Shown in pieces: positions 21,135-24,000 of a stretch of 24,000 bases of DNA. The notes beneath the pieces are model-generated. The model searched no databases. It was not told the DNA's origin and saw only the letters and a list, made by a program, of their open reading frames with translations. The first letter of the stretch is position 1, and each line of letters begins with the position of its first letter. This stretch comes from an uncultured Eubacteriales bacterium (lineage in GTDB: Bacteria; Bacillota; Clostridia; Christensenellales; UBA1242), in contig CABSCS010000004.1 in the NCBI GenBank assembly GCA_902476355.1, positions 60,808 to 84,807 of the forward strand, given 5' to 3'. Position numbers and translations under genes: made by a program.

Positions 21135-24000
21135 AGTGGACAGATGCTCAAAAAAGCATAATTGAAAAAAGAAATTGCAACCTTTTGGTTTCGGCTGGTG
21201 CAGGAAGCGGAAAAACAACTGTTATGATTGAAAGAATTGCAAACTTGATTTTGGACAAAGAAAAACCAACTCCAATTTCAAGATTTTTGATTATTTCTTT
21301 CACAAAGGCCAGCGCTGCCGACATGAAAAATAAACTTGTGAAAAAGTTGTCTGAAATGGAACCAACGCCATACATTTTGGAGCAACTTGACGATGTTTTG
21401 ACAAGCGATGTTTCTAACCTTCACAGTTTTTGTGCAAGGCTTTTGAAATCATATTTCTATGAAGTGGGACTCGACCCAACTTTTGTTGTGCTTGATGAAA
21501 CCGAAACCGATGTTTTAAAGCAAAAAGCGCTTTCAAAACTTTTCGAGCAAAAAACTCAAAGTGCCGACCAAGAGTTCTATGCGCTGATTGACATTTTTGC
21601 AAAAAAGCGTAAAGACACTGGACTTAAAGATGTGATTTTGAAAATTCATAATTTCATGTGTTCAATTGACAATAAAGATGAGTGGTTTGAAAGAACAATC
21701 AACACTCTTTATGAAACTGACCTTGAAAACAATGTTGGCGCAAAAATCATAATGTCGCATCTTGTTGCAGAAAAAAGAAGAATGCTTGCTGAAATTTCGA
21801 AAATGAAGGAAGAGTGCAGAAATAATGAATGTGACAAACTTATTGCCTATCTTGACGCACTTGAAAGCAAGGTTTTGCTTATTCGTGAAGACCAAAATTT
21901 GAAACAAAACGCAAAGCGTCTTCAAACAATTGAACGCTTGCCAACAATTCCTGCGGTGGACAAAAAACTTGACTGGTTAAAAGCAAAAGTTGGTGCGTTT
22001 AAAGATGTGATAAACAAGCGCATGGCAAAACTGCAAGAATATGTTTTGGCAGAAGACATTGATAATGTTGAACTTGCGCTTCAAAAAACACAAAAACATG
22101 TTTTTGAACTTTATAAACTCGAAAAGGAGTTTGTTGAGATTTTTGAAAACTTGAAAAAAGAACGTGGCGGGCTCGACTTTAACGACCTTGAAGAAAACAC
22201 CTTGAAAGTTCTTTCAAACCCTATTATGCTTGAAGAAATTCGAAACAAATATGACTATATCATGGTTGACGAATATCAAGACATAAACTCGGTTCAAGAA
22301 AAGATTTTGAGTTTGCTTTCGAAAGATGACAACCGCTTTATGGTTGGAGATGTGAAGCAAAGCATCTATCGTTTCCGTTTGTGCGATCCACAAATTTTCC
22401 TTGATAAATATAACTCATATAAAAACAATCCAAATGCAGGAACACTTATCAAACTTAACGAAAACTTCCGAAGCAAGAAAACCATTTTGGATTTTGCAAA
22501 CGCAATTTTTGCAGAAACCATGACCGAAGATTTTGGTGGTGTGAACTATGCCCAAGATGCAATGTTGATTGCTGGAAGCGACGCGCAAAAAGATGATAAA
22601 GTGCGTGCAAAATTTTTGCTTGCCGACACTGGTGCATTTGAAAAACAAAAACTGAATGAGTTTTCGGTTTATTCGGTGAAAGAAGATGACCAAAGCGCAT
22701 TTTTGGAAAAGAAGGGCAGAGCCGAGGGGCTTTTGATTGCTGATGAAATTTTGGAACTTATTAGCAAAGAAAAAGTTTCAAGTGGCGACAAAACAAGAAA
22801 AATCAAATTTTCAGACATCACAATTTTGGTTCCTTCAAGAACTGCTTATCTAGACAAAATTGTTGAAACACTTCGTGCAAAAGACATTCCAGTTGCAACC
22901 GATGTCGAGGGTGATTGTTTTGATGACGAATATGTTTTCGGACTCAAAAGTTTTCTTGAAGTTCTTTCTTGCGAAAAGGTTGATTATAGTTTGTTTTCAC
23001 TTATGAAATCAAAGGTGTTTGACTTTTCAGCAAATGAACTTGCAGAAATTTGCGAAGATGCCGACAGTAAAAAGTTCTTTTATGAGAATTTGGATGGTGC
23101 TTGCAAAAATCGCAAATTATCCTCAAAATCACAGCAAAAACTTGATGATTTCTTTGAAAAAATTAAAAAATATCGTGAAAAAGCAAAGTTTTTGAATGCA
23201 AAAGAAATTGTTCTTCAAATCATGAAAGAGCAAAATCTCATGGCAAAAATCAGTTTTGAAGTTGATGGAGATAAAACCAAACAAAAACTTTCACGTTTTC
23301 TTTCGAACCTTGAAAACAAAACCATTTTTGAGTTCTTGAACGATGCTTCACTTGCAAGCATAAAGTGCGACCCAGTTTATGCAGAAGATGCCGTGAAAGT
23401 GATGACCATTCACAAATCTAAAGGGCTTGAATTTAAAGTCGTTTTCCTTGCAATGTGTGCAAAAGAGTTTAACCTTGAAAGCGTAAAAAACAGTGTGCTT
23501 ATTTCCAAAGACCTTGGAATTGCAATGGACTTTTACGACAGCGACCTTCGCTATAAAACTCCAACACTTGCAAAACAAGCAGTTCGTCTTCTTGAAACTC
23601 GAAAAATGCTCGAAGAAGAGCAAAGGCTTTTATATGTTGCGCTCACTCGTGCAACCGACTTTTTGTTTGTTGTTGCAAGCACCGAGGTTGAAGCAATCCA
23701 CGAAAAAATGCCTGCAAGTCCAATGTGCTTTCTTGATTTTTGTGGACATCTTATCAAAGACACAAATAAATATGACTCACTTCCATATCAAGTTAAAATT
23801 GTTGATGCTCTGTCACTTTTGAAAAATGACACAGCAAAAGAGTTCAAACAAGTTATTCTTGAAAAACAAGAAATTGATGAAAACTTAAAAAACATTTTGG
23901 ATAAGCCATATCCGTTTGAAGAAGATGTTCACACTCCGCTCAAAGTTGCCGTTACTGGCATTTTGAAAGGTGAAATTGAAAATCAAAGTTTCACGCAGTT
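21122..24000 (+). CDS. addA: ATP-dependent helicase/nuclease subunit A (AddA/RexA), 3'-truncated by the window edge
   Basis: Own translation from ATG 21122 (AAAGGAGG SD, 13-nt overlap with addB): [39 protein letters not shown] (Walker A), [12 protein letters not shown] (motif II), [13 protein letters not shown] (motif III), [17 protein letters not shown] and LLYVALTRA (motif VI). The frame stays open to position 24000. Confidence 0.93.
   Translation, partial: [959 protein letters not shown]

Noticed and set aside
21148-23822. Several 62-109-aa ORFs on both strands within the last 3 kb
   Set aside because: All lie inside, off-frame from, or antisense to the addA reading frame, which carries unmistakable UvrD/AddA helicase motifs.
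1-24000. Search by eye for CRISPR arrays, tRNA/rRNA genes, IS elements, integrases, phage genes, and long tandem or DGR-type repeats
   Set aside because: None were seen. The only exact repeat longer than about 15 bp that I could verify is the 34-bp terminator duplication. A computational repeat and tRNA scan would be needed to be certain.

Overview
AT-rich chromosomal window that looks Firmicutes-like: standard genetic code, GGAGG-type Shine-Dalgarno sites, TGnTATAAT extended -10 promoters and Gram-positive lipoboxes. Most of it is housekeeping. I recognise dtd, a YitT-family membrane protein, typA/bipA, a CNNM/CorC-type transporter, an RsmF-like m5C methyltransferase, rplJ-rplL with an L10-leader attenuator, rplI, a YugP-type Zn peptidase, and addB-addA. 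addA runs off the 3' edge, so it is missing from the ORF track. I found no rRNA, tRNA, CRISPR array, transposase, integrase or phage structural gene. Three pockets of uncharacterised genes interrupt the housekeeping backbone. (1) 1-2734: a partial gene, a 465-aa orphan and an HExxH protein, all ending in Gly-Glu-Glu(-Glu); the HExxH gene is translationally coupled to dtd. (2) 12883-14918: an islet between rplL and rplI holding a Fic/Doc-fold protein whose catalytic His position reads Gln (QPHMDGNKR), a tandem 4-Cys (DUF1540-like) mini-protein and a short NMP-kinase-like P-loop protein. (3) 15431-16938: a small polytopic membrane protein plus a class-3 lipase, bracketed by a perfect 34-bp direct repeat made of a stop codon plus terminator. 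Other direct observations are a reused 3' module shared by two unrelated orphan genes and two probable leaderless transcripts. All family calls rest on motif recognition by eye. No homology search, fold prediction or statistics were run, and no pocket can be assigned a function from sequence alone. My best candidates for an undescribed system are pockets (2) and (3).
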